Assembly: GCA_963752975.1 (NCBI GenBank)
Contig: CAVWAG010000005.1
Coordinates: 11,572 to 75,571 of the forward strand
DNA: 64,000 bases
Source of the DNA: an uncultured Chloroflexia bacterium
GTDB taxonomy: Bacteria; Chloroflexota; Dehalococcoidia; GIF9; UBA5629
Direction of reading: 5' to 3'
Below the pieces are notes generated by a model, which saw only the letters and a program-made list of their open reading frames with translations, did no database searches and was not told the origin of the DNA. A program made the position numbers and the translations under genes. Of the stretch, positions 9,877-20,168 are shown piece by piece; the first letter of the stretch is position 1; every line of letters starts with the position of its first letter.

Positions 9877-12800
9877 TCACGTTTTAAACTCAAACTTACC
9901 AGCATTAAAGAGCTGCAGGCAGGTATCCACTACAGCCCGGTCGTAAAGCGTGCCTTTGTAGTAGGATATCTCTTCCAGTGCTTTATCAATACCCGGGGCC
10001 GGCCGGTAAGGACGGTGGGAGCTCATAGCCTCCACCACGTCGGCTACCGCCAGTATTTTAGCTTCTATCAGGATTTCTTCGCTTTTCAAACCGTTAGGAT
10101 AACCTGAGCCATCCAGTCTTTCGTGGTGCTGTAAGGCCATCAATGCGACCGGCTGTTGGAATTCTAAATCCTGCAATATGTCATAGCTGCCCTGGGCGTG
10201 AGTTTTTATCAGATCAAATTCTATTGGGGACAGCTTCCCAGGTCTGCTAAGGATGTCGGAAGGAACATACATTTTACCTATGTCATGTACCTTGGCTGCT
10301 ATTACCAGGTGCTCGATTCGGGAATTGTTCAAATTCATCTCCCTGGCTATGGCGCCTGACAGGTCGGCCACCCGCTGCTGGTGGCCCGCAGTGTAGGGGT
10401 CTCTCATTTCCACGATCCTGGACATGGTACTTATCATGCTGCTCATGGTTTTCTGCAGTGACCTGAGGGCGAACTCGCGTTCATCCTCTGCTTTCCGCTG
10501 TTCGGTCATATCGCGGCTATACACCAGGGCACCGTATATTTGCCCCGACTGGTCGGTTAGCGGGATTTTGTAAGTGTCGGAAATATGCAGCGAGCCGTCG
10601 GGCCAGGAAGCTATGTTCCTGGGATTGTGAACCACATGTCCCTGAAATGCCTGCAGGTCATCGGCGTGGAATCCCGCTATGCCCTTATCAGGGTTGCCCA
10701 GGCACATTTCCTCGGAGAAGACCTCGGTATCCGCCTTGCCAATCATATCCTGGGGAGCGAAGTTCTGAGAATCCGCAAAGCTCTTATTGACCAGGAGATA
10801 TTTGTGCTGGAAGTCTTTGACGTATATCCAGTCGGGTGTCGAGTCTATTACGCTCTGCAAAAGCAACTTTGAGCGCAGGATGGCGTCATCAGCCTGCTTG
10901 CGCTCGGTGATGTCAATCAGGATGGCATTGAAGCCGACCGTTTTACCGTCCACGATTATCGATGTAGGATTAGTGTAAAGCCATATGATCTGTCCATCAT
11001 TGTTAATAATCCTGAACTCAAAAGTGGGGCCAGGTCTCTCACCGGCCGCCGCACTTAAAAACATTTCTATCAGACCCGGCATATCGTCGGAGTGTATGAC
11101 GTCGGCAAACGGTTGGCCTAAAATATCAGCCTTGGTAAGGCCCAGCCACTGGCAGACCCTGGCGTTAGCGAATGTGAATTTTCCATCGAGGTCAATAGTG
11201 ACAATACCTGCACCCGCCGTTTCTACCAGGCTGCGGTATTTTGCTTCGCTCTCTGCTTGAAGTGTCTCCGCCTGCTTGCGCTCGGTCACGTCCCGGGCGG
11301 CGCCCACCATGCCGGTGACCTGGCCCTTATCGTTCTTAAGCGGCGACTCGTTTATCTCAATCAGCCGCTTTGTCCCGTGCCTGTCCATGAACTCCTGCAG
11401 GTAAGGTTCCTGCTTCTCACCGGTGGCCATTGCCAGTTGGGTTTTCTCACGCGCGGCCAGGTTAATCGGGTTATCAGTCAAGTAGCTCTGCCAGTTGTGC
11501 CGCACTTCCTCCAGTGTATAGCCCATCACCTTCTCGGCTTGCGGGCTGATATAGATCATTTCGTACTTTGTATTCAGCGCGTAGAATATATCGCTGATAT
11601 GTTCGACGATGCTCTTGAATCTCCTTTCGCTTGTCCGGACGGCTTCCTCCGCCTGCTTGCGCTCGGTGATGTCCTGACCAATAGAAAGCAAGCCTACTAT
11701 ATTATTGTTGATGTCTTTTAGGGTCTTGTCATACCACTCAACAGTGCGAATTCTTCCATCTTTAGTAACGATTTCGTCAATATTGCCTTTAGTCTGGATA
11801 TCACTTATGGCTCTCAGAAAAAGATCTCGTGTTTTAGCTTGCTTATCTTTGGGTAAGAAAATGGAAATCCAGTCTTTGCCCTTAACTTCCTCAAGCCGGT
11901 ATCCGCAAATGCCCTCCATATAAGAGTTGAATGTAACGATATGCCCTGAAGTATCCAGTACTAATATAATAGTTTGTGCCGTATCAATCAGGCTTTCCGT
12001 AAATCGTTGCTCTCTATTTAGTTCTTCCTCTGCTTGCTTGCGCTCGGTGATATCATGTACCATCCCAATCAGTTGCGTACAGTTTCCATTTGTGTCAAAA
12101 ACCGGGGCAACGGAGACTTCACCCACTTTTGTACCGGCGGGATAGATGGAGACTTCTTCCCAGTGAGCGGGTTGCCTGTTTCGAATGGCTTCCTTATATT
12201 TCCCAAAAACCAGAGCATGCGCCGGTTCTGGAATGACCTCTTGAACCAGTTTGCCGACAACCCGGTCTTCCGGCACACCTGTCACTTCCGTGAATCTGCG
12301 GTTGACCGAGACGAACCGGAATTGATCATCATGTTCTACGCCAATAACGAAAATGACATCCGAGACGTTGTCATGAATCACTGAGAGCTGCATCTCTCTG
12401 GTGCGCAGCACTTCATCCACCTTTTTGCGTTCGGTGATGTCGGTCATCAGGGTTGTGATGCCCACGACCTCACCATCTTTGTATACCGGCCGGCTGGACG
12501 AGCGCACAAATATTATCCTGCCGTCTTTATCCACTACGCGGTATTCCCATGGTTCCAGTTTCCCGGAAAGCAGGCCGATGAATTGGTCTAAAAGGGCCGG
12601 CAGGTCATCCGGGTAAATAAATTGGGTTAGAGGTTTCATTATTAAGTCGCCCACCTTGTACTTGCTTAACCGCTCAACTACAGGGCTGACATAGGTTATG
12701 TTTCCCCGGGTATCCAGTGTAAACAAAACATCGTTGATATTCTCTACAAGCGCACGGTATTCTCCTTCTGATACACTCAGCGCCTTATCCGCCTTTTCCT

Positions 12801-13236
12801 CCAACGCCTTCTCCAACTGCCGGCGCTCGGTGATGTCTTCAATGGCCAGGAGGATGACCTGGTCTTTGCCCAACGATCTTTGAATTTGCCGGGCATTCAG
12901 AAGCAATGTACGCCTGCCAATGGCAGGAAAATCATAGTCAATCTCGTAGTCATCAAAGGTTGATGCTTGGGGGAGGATGGCTTCCAGCAGTTCCCTCAGC
13001 CTGGGGATATCCAGCTGCTTATTGCCCACGTCAAAAATATGCTGTCCCACGGTCTCTTCAGGTTTTAACTTGAAGGTTTCATAGAAAGAGCGGTTGACTT
13101 TGACTACTCTTAAATCCTGATCCAGGGCGATTAGAGGTTCACGCACGGTATCGATGACACTATCGGCCAATTCATGCGCTTGACCTTCAGGTTGTTTAAT
13201 TTCAGCCGGTTGTTTGCGGGGTTTTTTCCTGACCAT
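9877..13236 (-). CDS. seven-PAS HD-GYP domain c-di-GMP phosphodiesterase
   Basis: 1119 aa with seven D(I/V/M)TE(R/Q)(K/R) linkers. The C-terminal HDIGKMYVP...HHERLDGSGYPNGL is the HD-GYP signature. Confidence 0.85.
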   Translation of the reverse strand: MVRKKPRKQPAEIKQPEGQAHELADSVIDTVREPLIALDQDLRVVKVNRSFYETFKLKPEETVGQHIFDVGNKQLDIPRLRELLEAILPQASTFDDYEIDYDFPAIGRRTLLLNARQIQRSLGKDQVILLAIEDITERRQLEKALEEKADKALSVSEGEYRALVENINDVLFTLDTRGNITYVSPVVERLSKYKVGDLIMKPLTQFIYPDDLPALLDQFIGLLSGKLEPWEYRVVDKDGRIIFVRSSSRPVYKDGEVVGITTLMTDITERKKVDEVLRTREMQLSVIHDNVSDVIFVIGVEHDDQFRFVSVNRRFTEVTGVPEDRVVGKLVQEVIPEPAHALVFGKYKEAIRNRQPAHWEEVSIYPAGTKVGEVSVAPVFDTNGNCTQLIGMVHDITERKQAEEELNREQRFTESLIDTAQTIILVLDTSGHIVTFNSYMEGICGYRLEEVKGKDWISIFLPKDKQAKTRDLFLRAISDIQTKGNIDEIVTKDGRIRTVEWYDKTLKDINNNIVGLLSIGQDITERKQAEEAVRTSERRFKSIVEHISDIFYALNTKYEMIYISPQAEKVMGYTLEEVRHNWQSYLTDNPINLAAREKTQLAMATGEKQEPYLQEFMDRHGTKRLIEINESPLKNDKGQVTGMVGAARDVTERKQAETLQAESEAKYRSLVETAGAGIVTIDLDGKFTFANARVCQWLGLTKADILGQPFADVIHSDDMPGLIEMFLSAAAGERPGPTFEFRIINNDGQIIWLYTNPTSIIVDGKTVGFNAILIDITERKQADDAILRSKLLLQSVIDSTPDWIYVKDFQHKYLLVNKSFADSQNFAPQDMIGKADTEVFSEEMCLGNPDKGIAGFHADDLQAFQGHVVHNPRNIASWPDGSLHISDTYKIPLTDQSGQIYGALVYSRDMTEQRKAEDEREFALRSLQKTMSSMISTMSRIVEMRDPYTAGHQQRVADLSGAIAREMNLNNSRIEHLVIAAKVHDIGKMYVPSDILSRPGKLSPIEFDLIKTHAQGSYDILQDLEFQQPVALMALQHHERLDGSGYPNGLKSEEILIEAKILAVADVVEAMSSHRPYRPAPGIDKALEEISYYKGTLYDRAVVDTCLQLFNAGKFEFKT

Positions 13237-13450
13237 TCTCTATATCCTTGCCACAACCTTTAATGCCCTTTTTGCCGGTTGCCTCCCATCCAGGTTCAGT
13301 ACTGCTCCAAGTTTAGAGCCGGATTTATTATTATGTCTGTATACTGAGTGTATCTCCACACCCCCCGGTTGTCAAAACGTTTAATAGCAATGATGAGAGC
13401 CGGGGTGTAAATCGTACTATCAATAGCGCCTCACCTTTTAATAGCGGGCA

Positions 13451-14269
13451 CTATTTCCTGGCTTTGCGCTTGAGGAAGCCGTTAACGAAAATCCTGGTGG
13501 AATCCATCGCCTCTATAAAGAATCCGTGCTGCTTGTCCTGCAGCAGCACCAGTTCAGCGCCGGGTATCCTCTGCTCCAGCAACTCGCTGTTTTTAAAGGA
13601 CATTATGCGGTCGGCTGTGCCGCTGATTATCATGGTGGGCGCCTTGATGCCGGGCAGCCTGTCCCAGGTGTCCTCCATTGAGATCGCCTTCGCCTGCCGG
13701 GCGAAAGTCGAAGTCGGTGTGGGGTACTGCATGGTCACCATGTGATAATACTTCAGCGCATCCGGGTTGGCCTGTATGTACTCTTCGCTGCAGAAGAAGC
13801 TGAATATGGTCTGCGACCTCTTCTCGGGCGTCATATTCTTAAGGTATTCATAGTCGAAGAGTATCCTTATGCCCTCAGGGTCCGCCGCGACGTGGTGCGC
13901 GCCGCAGGGCGTGGTACAGCCCAGGATCAGGGCGTTCAGCCGGTCGGCATGATTGATGGCAAAAACCTGCGCGATTATGCCGCCCATGGAAACACCGAAA
14001 ACGGCGGCGCGCCCGATGCCCGCGGCATCCATGACCTTGCAGACGTCATCCGCCATGGCGGCGATGGTCACCGGGACATCGGGCTTATCGCTCCTGCCCA
14101 CCCCCCGGTTATCCAGCAGCACCACCTGGTAGCCTATCTTGACGAATTCCTGCGGAAGCGCCCCCCAGTGGAGCAAATGATGGCCGTAACCCTGTATCAG
14201 CACCAGCGGGTCGCCCTGGCCGATAACCTCGTAATATATATTCGCACCGTCAGCTTTGGCTAATGGCAC
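13451..14269 (-). CDS. alpha/beta hydrolase
   Basis: Motifs LIQGYGHH, LLDNRGVGRSD and nucleophile elbow GVSMGG. I place the start at GTG 14269, which follows GGAGGAACAG, rather than at the ORF-track start 14347. Confidence 0.8.
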   Translation of the reverse strand: MPLAKADGANIYYEVIGQGDPLVLIQGYGHHLLHWGALPQEFVKIGYQVVLLDNRGVGRSDKPDVPVTIAAMADDVCKVMDAAGIGRAAVFGVSMGGIIAQVFAINHADRLNALILGCTTPCGAHHVAADPEGIRILFDYEYLKNMTPEKRSQTIFSFFCSEEYIQANPDALKYYHMVTMQYPTPTSTFARQAKAISMEDTWDRLPGIKAPTMIISGTADRIMSFKNSELLEQRIPGAELVLLQDKQHGFFIEAMDSTRIFVNGFLKRKARK

Positions 14270-14372
14270 CTGTTCCTCCTTGTCCGGCCAGCCCGGCCTG
14301 CGCGGCTGCCCGGCTTGTCTTTCATGTGTTGCACGCCGATTATACATGGTATCGGTTCAAAACAGAATCCAC

Positions 14373-14424
14373 TTGACAATCATTTATCGACATATTAAGA
14401 TATATCTTGTTATATTTAAATATA
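14373..14424 (+). promoter_or_regulatory. padR promoter with two perfect palindromes (candidate operators)
   Basis: TTGACA (14373..14378), 17 nt, TAAGAT (14396..14401). Perfect palindromes AAGATATATCTT (14397..14408) and TATATTTAAATATA (14411..14424) overlap the -10 and start region. Confidence 0.45.
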
Positions 14425-14445
14425 TTAAACGGGAGGATATTTATT

Positions 14446-14940
14446 ATGCATGGACACAGGTTCGGGCACAGTCCCTGGCAGGGGAGGATATTCCGCAAGG
14501 GTGATTTCAAATATATGATATTGGACATGCTCAAGGAAAGGCCACGTTACGGTTACGAGATAATCCGTGAACTGGAGGACAAATTCGGCGGTTTATACGT
14601 TCCCAGCGCCGGCATAGTCTATCCCACGCTCCAATACCTGGAAGAACTGGGCTACGTGACAGGGGCCGAGAAGGACGGCAAGAAAGTCTACACGGTCACG
14701 GATGAAGGCCGGAAGTTCCTCGAGGAGCAAAAGGAGACCGTGGACGGCATACATGACAGCATGAAAAGCTGGTGCGGCGCGCACTCGCGCGACGAATTCC
14801 ACGAGCTTATGCACGGGATGGGCAGGCTCGGCAAGCTGTGCTTCAGCAATGGCCGCGCCGCCACCCCCGAGCAAGTGAAGCTTGTCCGCAAGGTCATCGA
14901 TAACGCCTTCGAAGAGATCGATAAGATCTTCAAAAAATAG
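14446..14940 (+). CDS. PadR family transcriptional regulator
   Basis: FKYMILDMLKERPRYGYEIIRELE...VYPTLQYLEELGYV is the PadR winged helix. ATG 14446 follows GGGAGGA. Confidence 0.85.
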   Translation: MHGHRFGHSPWQGRIFRKGDFKYMILDMLKERPRYGYEIIRELEDKFGGLYVPSAGIVYPTLQYLEELGYVTGAEKDGKKVYTVTDEGRKFLEEQKETVDGIHDSMKSWCGAHSRDEFHELMHGMGRLGKLCFSNGRAATPEQVKLVRKVIDNAFEEIDKIFKK

Positions 14941-14966
14941 CTGCGCGCAAAGTCCATTTTGAAAAG

Positions 14967-16067
14967 ATGGGGTCCGTGGCTTATAATCGCTGCATGATCA
15001 GTGCACGCCTTGATGTCCGCCCCGGCGTTGCCAGGAAAGGCTTGCCGGGTAAGCTGCTGATGGCGGTAGCTTTGCTGACGCTGATCGTAGCGCCCATTAT
15101 GGCCGGGTGTGCGCCGCGTGCGCAGGTCCCTCAAAAGCCCGCACCGCCTGCCGATCTGCCAGCCTTCAGCTTTGATGCGATCGAAGTGCAACCGGCTTCT
15201 CCGGTGGCCGGCCAGCCTTTCACCGTCAGTATGAAAGTGGCCAATAACGGACCGGCGGCCGGCAATTACCAGGCGGACCTCATCATCAACGGCAACACTG
15301 TGGATAACCGGGCACTGTACCTTGAGGCGGGCAAAGCTGACTACCTGTCCTTCCAGGCCAATTTGCCCATCCCCGGCCAGTATATAATCAAGATCGGCCC
15401 TCAAACTAGGGAGCTTATCGTAGCCTTTAACCGTGTGCCGGCCACTGTCAAGATCGACTCGGGCAATGTAGACGGGTGCGACCCGCTGGCCGGCAGCACG
15501 AGTGAACCCGGCAACATGGTACAGATGGTTGAGGGGAACCTGATCAAGCTTACGGCGCCTGCCGGCGGCCTGGAGATAGATAACATCGATGTCTTCGGCT
15601 ATATCAAGAGCAGTGATTATGACTTCAATAACAACAGCGTGATAGGCGGGGCCGGGACCTGGGTCTACGGGGCCGATATAGCCGCCATCGAACAGCCCAA
15701 TCCCAATTTCTCCATCGTCATTTATGACGCCCGCAAGACAAAGCTTTACAGCGCCGATTTCAGCAAAAGCCTTTTCAACAATTCCCCGCAGTGGGTCAGC
15801 ATACCGGTGCCCGGCGTGGTGGTCAACGGGGACTTTTACATCGAACTGATCACGCATAACCAGCCCAAACTGACCGGCATGGGCTTCGGCAACTACGATT
15901 ACTGGCAAATGTACGTCGTGCATACCTGGTACTACCAGCTCTGCGTAGGCTATGAAAACTCCCTGGATGTGCAGTCATGGGTGTCGCAAAACGGCAACGA
16001 GGTGCCCGACCGCTATCTTACCTACAACTGGCTGATGCGCGCGGATGGTTACCAGTTGCTGAAATAG
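14967..16067 (+). CDS. lipoprotein with CARDB-like domain
   Basis: Signal peptide with lipobox IMAGC. The segment VQPASPVAGQPFTVSMKVANNGPAAGNYQADLIINGN resembles CARDB domains. The true start may be an internal ATG (14994). Confidence 0.6.
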   Translation: MGSVAYNRCMISARLDVRPGVARKGLPGKLLMAVALLTLIVAPIMAGCAPRAQVPQKPAPPADLPAFSFDAIEVQPASPVAGQPFTVSMKVANNGPAAGNYQADLIINGNTVDNRALYLEAGKADYLSFQANLPIPGQYIIKIGPQTRELIVAFNRVPATVKIDSGNVDGCDPLAGSTSEPGNMVQMVEGNLIKLTAPAGGLEIDNIDVFGYIKSSDYDFNNNSVIGGAGTWVYGADIAAIEQPNPNFSIVIYDARKTKLYSADFSKSLFNNSPQWVSIPVPGVVVNGDFYIELITHNQPKLTGMGFGNYDYWQMYVVHTWYYQLCVGYENSLDVQSWVSQNGNEVPDRYLTYNWLMRADGYQLLK

Positions 16068-16145
16068 AACCGCGGAATTCAATGGGCGGCCGGTCCGGCG
16101 GCCGAAAATTTGAGGACAATTTTAATTCAGGGAGGTAGCCTTCTG

Positions 16146-16643
16146 ATGAGTTCAGCTATAATCTCTGTTATCCGGTATTGCGTAATCACTATCGGCATTG
16201 CTGTTGCCTATTATTTGTATTTCCGCTGGTCCGATGCCCGTCCTGCTATCGAGATAATTTTGCTCACCTGCGTGGCGTTCAACGGATTTATCAGCTTTTT
16301 CAGCCACGTGATTTACCACAAATCTGATGCCAGGCGGCTGGGCATGGAATCGGCCGATCCCGGGTTCCAGTTCGAAGTAGGTTTCGCCAACCTCGCCATG
16401 GGCCTGGTCGCCGCGGACTCGCTCGTTTTCCACTGGGGAGCCGCGGCCAACATAGCGTTAATCCTCTGCTACGCGCTTTACCTACTGCAGGCCATAATTC
16501 TGCATTTATACAGGTTCATCAAAGGCGAGAAAAGCGACGCCGGATACCTCTGGGGCAGTGTGGTATTCTCCTTCCTGTATGTTGCCAACATGCTGTTTTT
16601 CGCAGTGGCGGGCCTGGTCCAGGAGCGCCTGGGACCATTCTGA
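16146..16643 (+). CDS. integral membrane protein, unknown function
   Basis: About 5 hydrophobic helices. ATG 16146 follows GGGAGG. Co-directional with padR and the lipoprotein gene. Confidence 0.6.
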   Translation: MSSAIISVIRYCVITIGIAVAYYLYFRWSDARPAIEIILLTCVAFNGFISFFSHVIYHKSDARRLGMESADPGFQFEVGFANLAMGLVAADSLVFHWGAAANIALILCYALYLLQAIILHLYRFIKGEKSDAGYLWGSVVFSFLYVANMLFFAVAGLVQERLGPF

Positions 16644-16708
16644 ATACGGCATTTTTACTTTGCCCGGGTTTTATGGTATAACTCACCTTCAGAAAGTGAA
16701 GTTAGAAT

Positions 16709-18388
16709 TTGGCGCATACACTCTGGAAACTCTTACCCGAATCTGATAAACCGCTGGAATTCAAGGGTGCTGGCGCGCTCGTTGCAAGGTTGCTGCATAA
16801 CAGGGGCATCACCACTGCCCACGCGGCTGAAGCTTTCCTGAAAGCGGACAGCCGCCTGTCAATCGACCCTTTCAGCCTCCCCGATATGCACCCGGCGGTT
16901 AACCGCATCTATAAAGCCCTGCTGTCGGGTGAAAAGATGGCGGTTTACGGCGACTTCGATGCCGACGGTATAACCGCGACCGCCCTGCTTGTGCAGGGCC
17001 TGGCTGCGCTCGGGGGCAACGTAATTCCCTATATACCGCACCGTCAGAACGAAGGCTACGGCCTGAAAATACCCGCTTTGGAGAAACTGCGCAAGCAGGG
17101 TGTCACGCTGGTCATCACCGTGGATACCGGCATCACGGCTTTCGCCGAGATAGAAAAGTCCCATAAAATGGGATTGGATATCCTGGTCACCGACCACCAC
17201 GTCCCCCTCGATGAATTGCCTTCCGCGAAAATTATCGTTGATCCCAAGCGCACCGATTCAACCTGCCCCTTCACTGAATTCGCGGGTGTGGGGGTAGCTT
17301 TCAAACTGCTGGAAGCGCTGCTGGCCAGCAACAGGAGGGACGACCTTATCTCCAACGCCATGGAATTGGTCACGCTGGGCACCATCGCCGATATGTCGCC
17401 TCTGCTCAGCGAAAACCGTCACCTGGTCAAGACCGGATTGAACCTGCTCTCCCGCACGAAGCGCATAGGTCTGAACGAGCTGATGAGCGTCGCAGGGGTC
17501 GATAAAGGCCACCTGACCGCTGAAACCGTTTCCTTCCAGATAGGGCCGAGGTTGAATTCAGCCGGCCGTATGGATGATGCCGGCACCAGCTACCAGTTGC
17601 TGGTAACTCAAGACCGGGCGCAGGCGCAGGCACTGGCCAGGGAGCTTGAAGAGAAAAACCGGGAACGCCAGCGCCTGGTGGCGGATACTTACGACAAGGC
17701 GCGCCGGCAGATTTTAGAGGACGGTAGCGGCAAACCGATACTGATGGCCAGCGACGCTGATTATCCCCCGGGCGTAATCGGGCTGGTGGCCGGCAGGCTG
17801 GCGGACGAGTTTTACCGCCCCGTGGTACTGGTCCAGATCGGCTCCGATATATGCCGGGGCAGCGCCAGGAGCATCCCGGAGTTCGACCTGATGTCCGCGC
17901 TCAAAACCTGCCACCACCTGCTCACCCGATACGGGGGTCACGCCCGGGCGGCCGGCTTCAACGTCCCCACCCGCGACCTTCAGCAGGTGCAGAAAAAGTT
18001 GCGTTCCCTAGCCGAAGAACAGCTAACAGGCCTCGACCTCAGGCCGCATATCAATATCGACGCCGAGCTATCGTTGTCGGCATTTGCTAAAGGGGTCTTC
18101 GAAGATATGCGCCAGCTTGAACCCTACGGCATGGGCAACCCGGCGCCGGTATTTCTCAGCCGCAAGGTCGAGGTGGTGGAGCAGAGACTGGTCGGCAACC
18201 AGAATGACCATATCAAGCTGAAGCTCAAACAGGACGGCGTCGTCTGGGATACTATGGGCTTCCGGCTGGGCAGCTACATGGGCGAACTGTCGCGCCATAT
18301 AGACGTGGTTTACTCGGTGGAGGTGGATAATTATAACGGCAAAGGACAGCTCAGGCTCAACCTTCTGGATTTTGCCCGCTCGTATTAG
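16709..18388 (+). CDS. recJ: single-stranded-DNA-specific exonuclease RecJ
   Basis: DHH-family motifs GDFDADGITATALL, ITVDTG and VTDHH, plus the DHHA1-like GGHARAAG. Confidence 0.9.
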   Translation: MAHTLWKLLPESDKPLEFKGAGALVARLLHNRGITTAHAAEAFLKADSRLSIDPFSLPDMHPAVNRIYKALLSGEKMAVYGDFDADGITATALLVQGLAALGGNVIPYIPHRQNEGYGLKIPALEKLRKQGVTLVITVDTGITAFAEIEKSHKMGLDILVTDHHVPLDELPSAKIIVDPKRTDSTCPFTEFAGVGVAFKLLEALLASNRRDDLISNAMELVTLGTIADMSPLLSENRHLVKTGLNLLSRTKRIGLNELMSVAGVDKGHLTAETVSFQIGPRLNSAGRMDDAGTSYQLLVTQDRAQAQALARELEEKNRERQRLVADTYDKARRQILEDGSGKPILMASDADYPPGVIGLVAGRLADEFYRPVVLVQIGSDICRGSARSIPEFDLMSALKTCHHLLTRYGGHARAAGFNVPTRDLQQVQKKLRSLAEEQLTGLDLRPHINIDAELSLSAFAKGVFEDMRQLEPYGMGNPAPVFLSRKVEVVEQRLVGNQNDHIKLKLKQDGVVWDTMGFRLGSYMGELSRHIDVVYSVEVDNYNGKGQLRLNLLDFARSY

Positions 18389-19181
18389 GTTGTTCGACGA
18401 CCGCTGACTGACCGGTCGATTTGTATCTAACTGCCCTCACAATGAAGATAATCAACGCTGTCGGAACCATTAAAATATCCACAATCTGCGCCTGTGGCAG
18501 GCCGAAAAGGAAAGGCTCTCGCCTCCCGGAAAAAGTGTATTACAAAATCACCGACGCCGAAGACGATGAAATAGAGCATGAAAAGCTGGCCCTGCTGGCT
18601 TAATTCTCTTACGCAATAACCATAGAATACCGAAGCCGATCAGATTCCAGATCAAGTGAAAAAGCTGGGTGGGGTAGATGGGAACGCCCTGAGGGGCATA
18701 GCTATTGGGATTATTATAAGTAACCGCAATAGGCAGGTCGCATACGTCAACCGTAGCAGCAGCCGTTAATCAGGCAGCCGATACGCCCGATGGCCTGGCC
18801 CAGTATAGCCCCGGGTGCAGCGATATCGCCAAGCTGCCAGAATGATATCTTCTTCACCAGGCAGTAGATCAGGATGGCCAGCAATCCGCCGAGCACCGCA
18901 CCCCAGATCGCCAGTCCCGCAAAATTGAGTATCTGCTCCGGGTTGTTAATGTAGTATTGCCATTTGTCGATGATGTGCAGCAGCCTGGCGCCGATGATTC
19001 CGCCGATCACAGCCCAGAGCCCCACATCCCAGACCATGTCCTGGGAGAACCCCTTGCGTTTTGCCTCGAGTAGTGAGAACCCGATCACGGCTATCACCGC
19101 CAGCACCACCATGACGCCGTACCAGCGTACCTCCAGCGTGCCGATGCTGAAAATAATTGGGTTCCAGTCTATATCAAACAT
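18357..19181 (-). pseudogene. lgt: prolipoprotein diacylglyceryl transferase Lgt, about 3 frame interruptions, 3-prime end uncertain
   Basis: The N-terminal 144-aa ORF ends GRIGCLINGCCYG. Lgt-like sequence continues in other frames (VTYNNPNSYAPQGVPIYPTQLFHLIWNLIGFGILWLLRKRIKPAG / QLFMLYFIVFGVGDFVIHFFREA / PFLFGLPQAQIVDILMV) with shifts near 18750, 18590 and 18515. Confidence 0.8.
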
Positions 19182-19184
19182 AAT

Positions 19185-20104
19185 TTAAACCGCCTCGCCG
19201 AATATGGCATCTACAAATAACCTGGCGTCGAAGGGAGCGATATCTTCCAATCCCTTCGCCTGTGCCAATGTATTTTATAGGAATTTGCAATTCATCGCAG
19301 ATGGCCAGCACTATGCCTCCCTTTGCGGTCCCGTCCAGCTTTGTAAGCACGATACCGGTGACGTCGGTAGCCTCGGCAAAGCTGCGGGCCTGTGACAGGC
19401 CGTTCTGGCCGGTCGTGGCATCGATCACCAGCAGCACTTCCTGGGCCGCCTCGTATTTGCCGGCTACTTTCCTGATCTTTTTAAGCTCATCCATCAGGTT
19501 GTGCCTGGTCTGCAGCCGCCCCGCGGTATCTATAATGACCGTATCCATCCCGCGGCTGCGCGCGGCCTCCAGCGTATCAAATACCACCGCCCCCGGGTCG
19601 GCGCCCGGCTGATGCGCCACTACATCCACCCCTGCCCTGCCGGCCCAGAGCTTAAGCTGGTCGATGGCGGCGGCCCTGAACGTATCCGCCGCGCCCAGCA
19701 GCACCTTTTTGCCGCCGCTCTTGTATTCACGGGCAAGCTTGGCAATGCTGGTGGTCTTGCCGGTACCATTGACACCCACAAACAGAATCACTTTCATGCC
19801 GTTAGCGGGAATTGCGCCTGCCGGTTTCGCGGATACATCCAGCAAACGGGCCATCTCCTCCTTCAAGGCGTTGCGCACCTGGCCGCCCTGTTCCAGCCTC
19901 TCTTCCTTGACACGCTTCCTGCACCCGGCCCAGCAGCTTCTCCGTAGTCGGCATGCCGACATCAGCCGATATCAGGAGCTCCTCAAGCTCTTCCCAGGTC
20001 GAATCCTCGATCTTCGGGCGGTTGAAGAGCGCGCCGATCTTGCTGAACAGCCCTTCCCGGCTGCGCTTGACACCCTGCTCTGTGAGTTTAAAGATATCAG
20101 GCAT
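19185..20104 (-). pseudogene. ftsY: signal recognition particle receptor FtsY, 2 frame interruptions
   Basis: Motifs GVNGTGKTTSIAKLA, DTAGRL and TKLDGTAKGG. Shifts lie near 19920 and at a CC/GG doublet near 19246; repairing the second restores GTGEGIEDIAPFDARLFVDAIFGEAV-stop. Confidence 0.9.
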
Positions 20105-20168
20105 GCTAATATCAACGAAAATGAAACGTCATTGACGGGTGAAACGGAGCTCGCTATGACAGTACATA

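Noticed and set aside
7300-12850. Regularly recurring CTTGCGCTCGGTGATGTC-like strings as a possible CRISPR or REP array
   Set aside because: The ~375-395 nt spacing equals one PAS domain. The strings are in frame, encode the DITERK linker, and lie inside two long intact coding frames. They are protein-domain periodicity, not a non-coding repeat array.
14688-15923. 411-aa minus-strand ORF spanning the padR and lipoprotein genes
   Set aside because: It is antisense to a clear PadR winged helix and a lipobox-bearing CARDB protein, and it crosses the intergenic gap between them. It has no RBS or motif support.
18421-18603. 60-aa plus-strand ORF downstream of recJ
   Set aside because: It is antisense to the frameshifted C-terminal half of lgt, whose conserved sequence (PTQLFHLIWNLIGF..., FIVFGVGDFVIHFFRE...) occupies the minus strand here.
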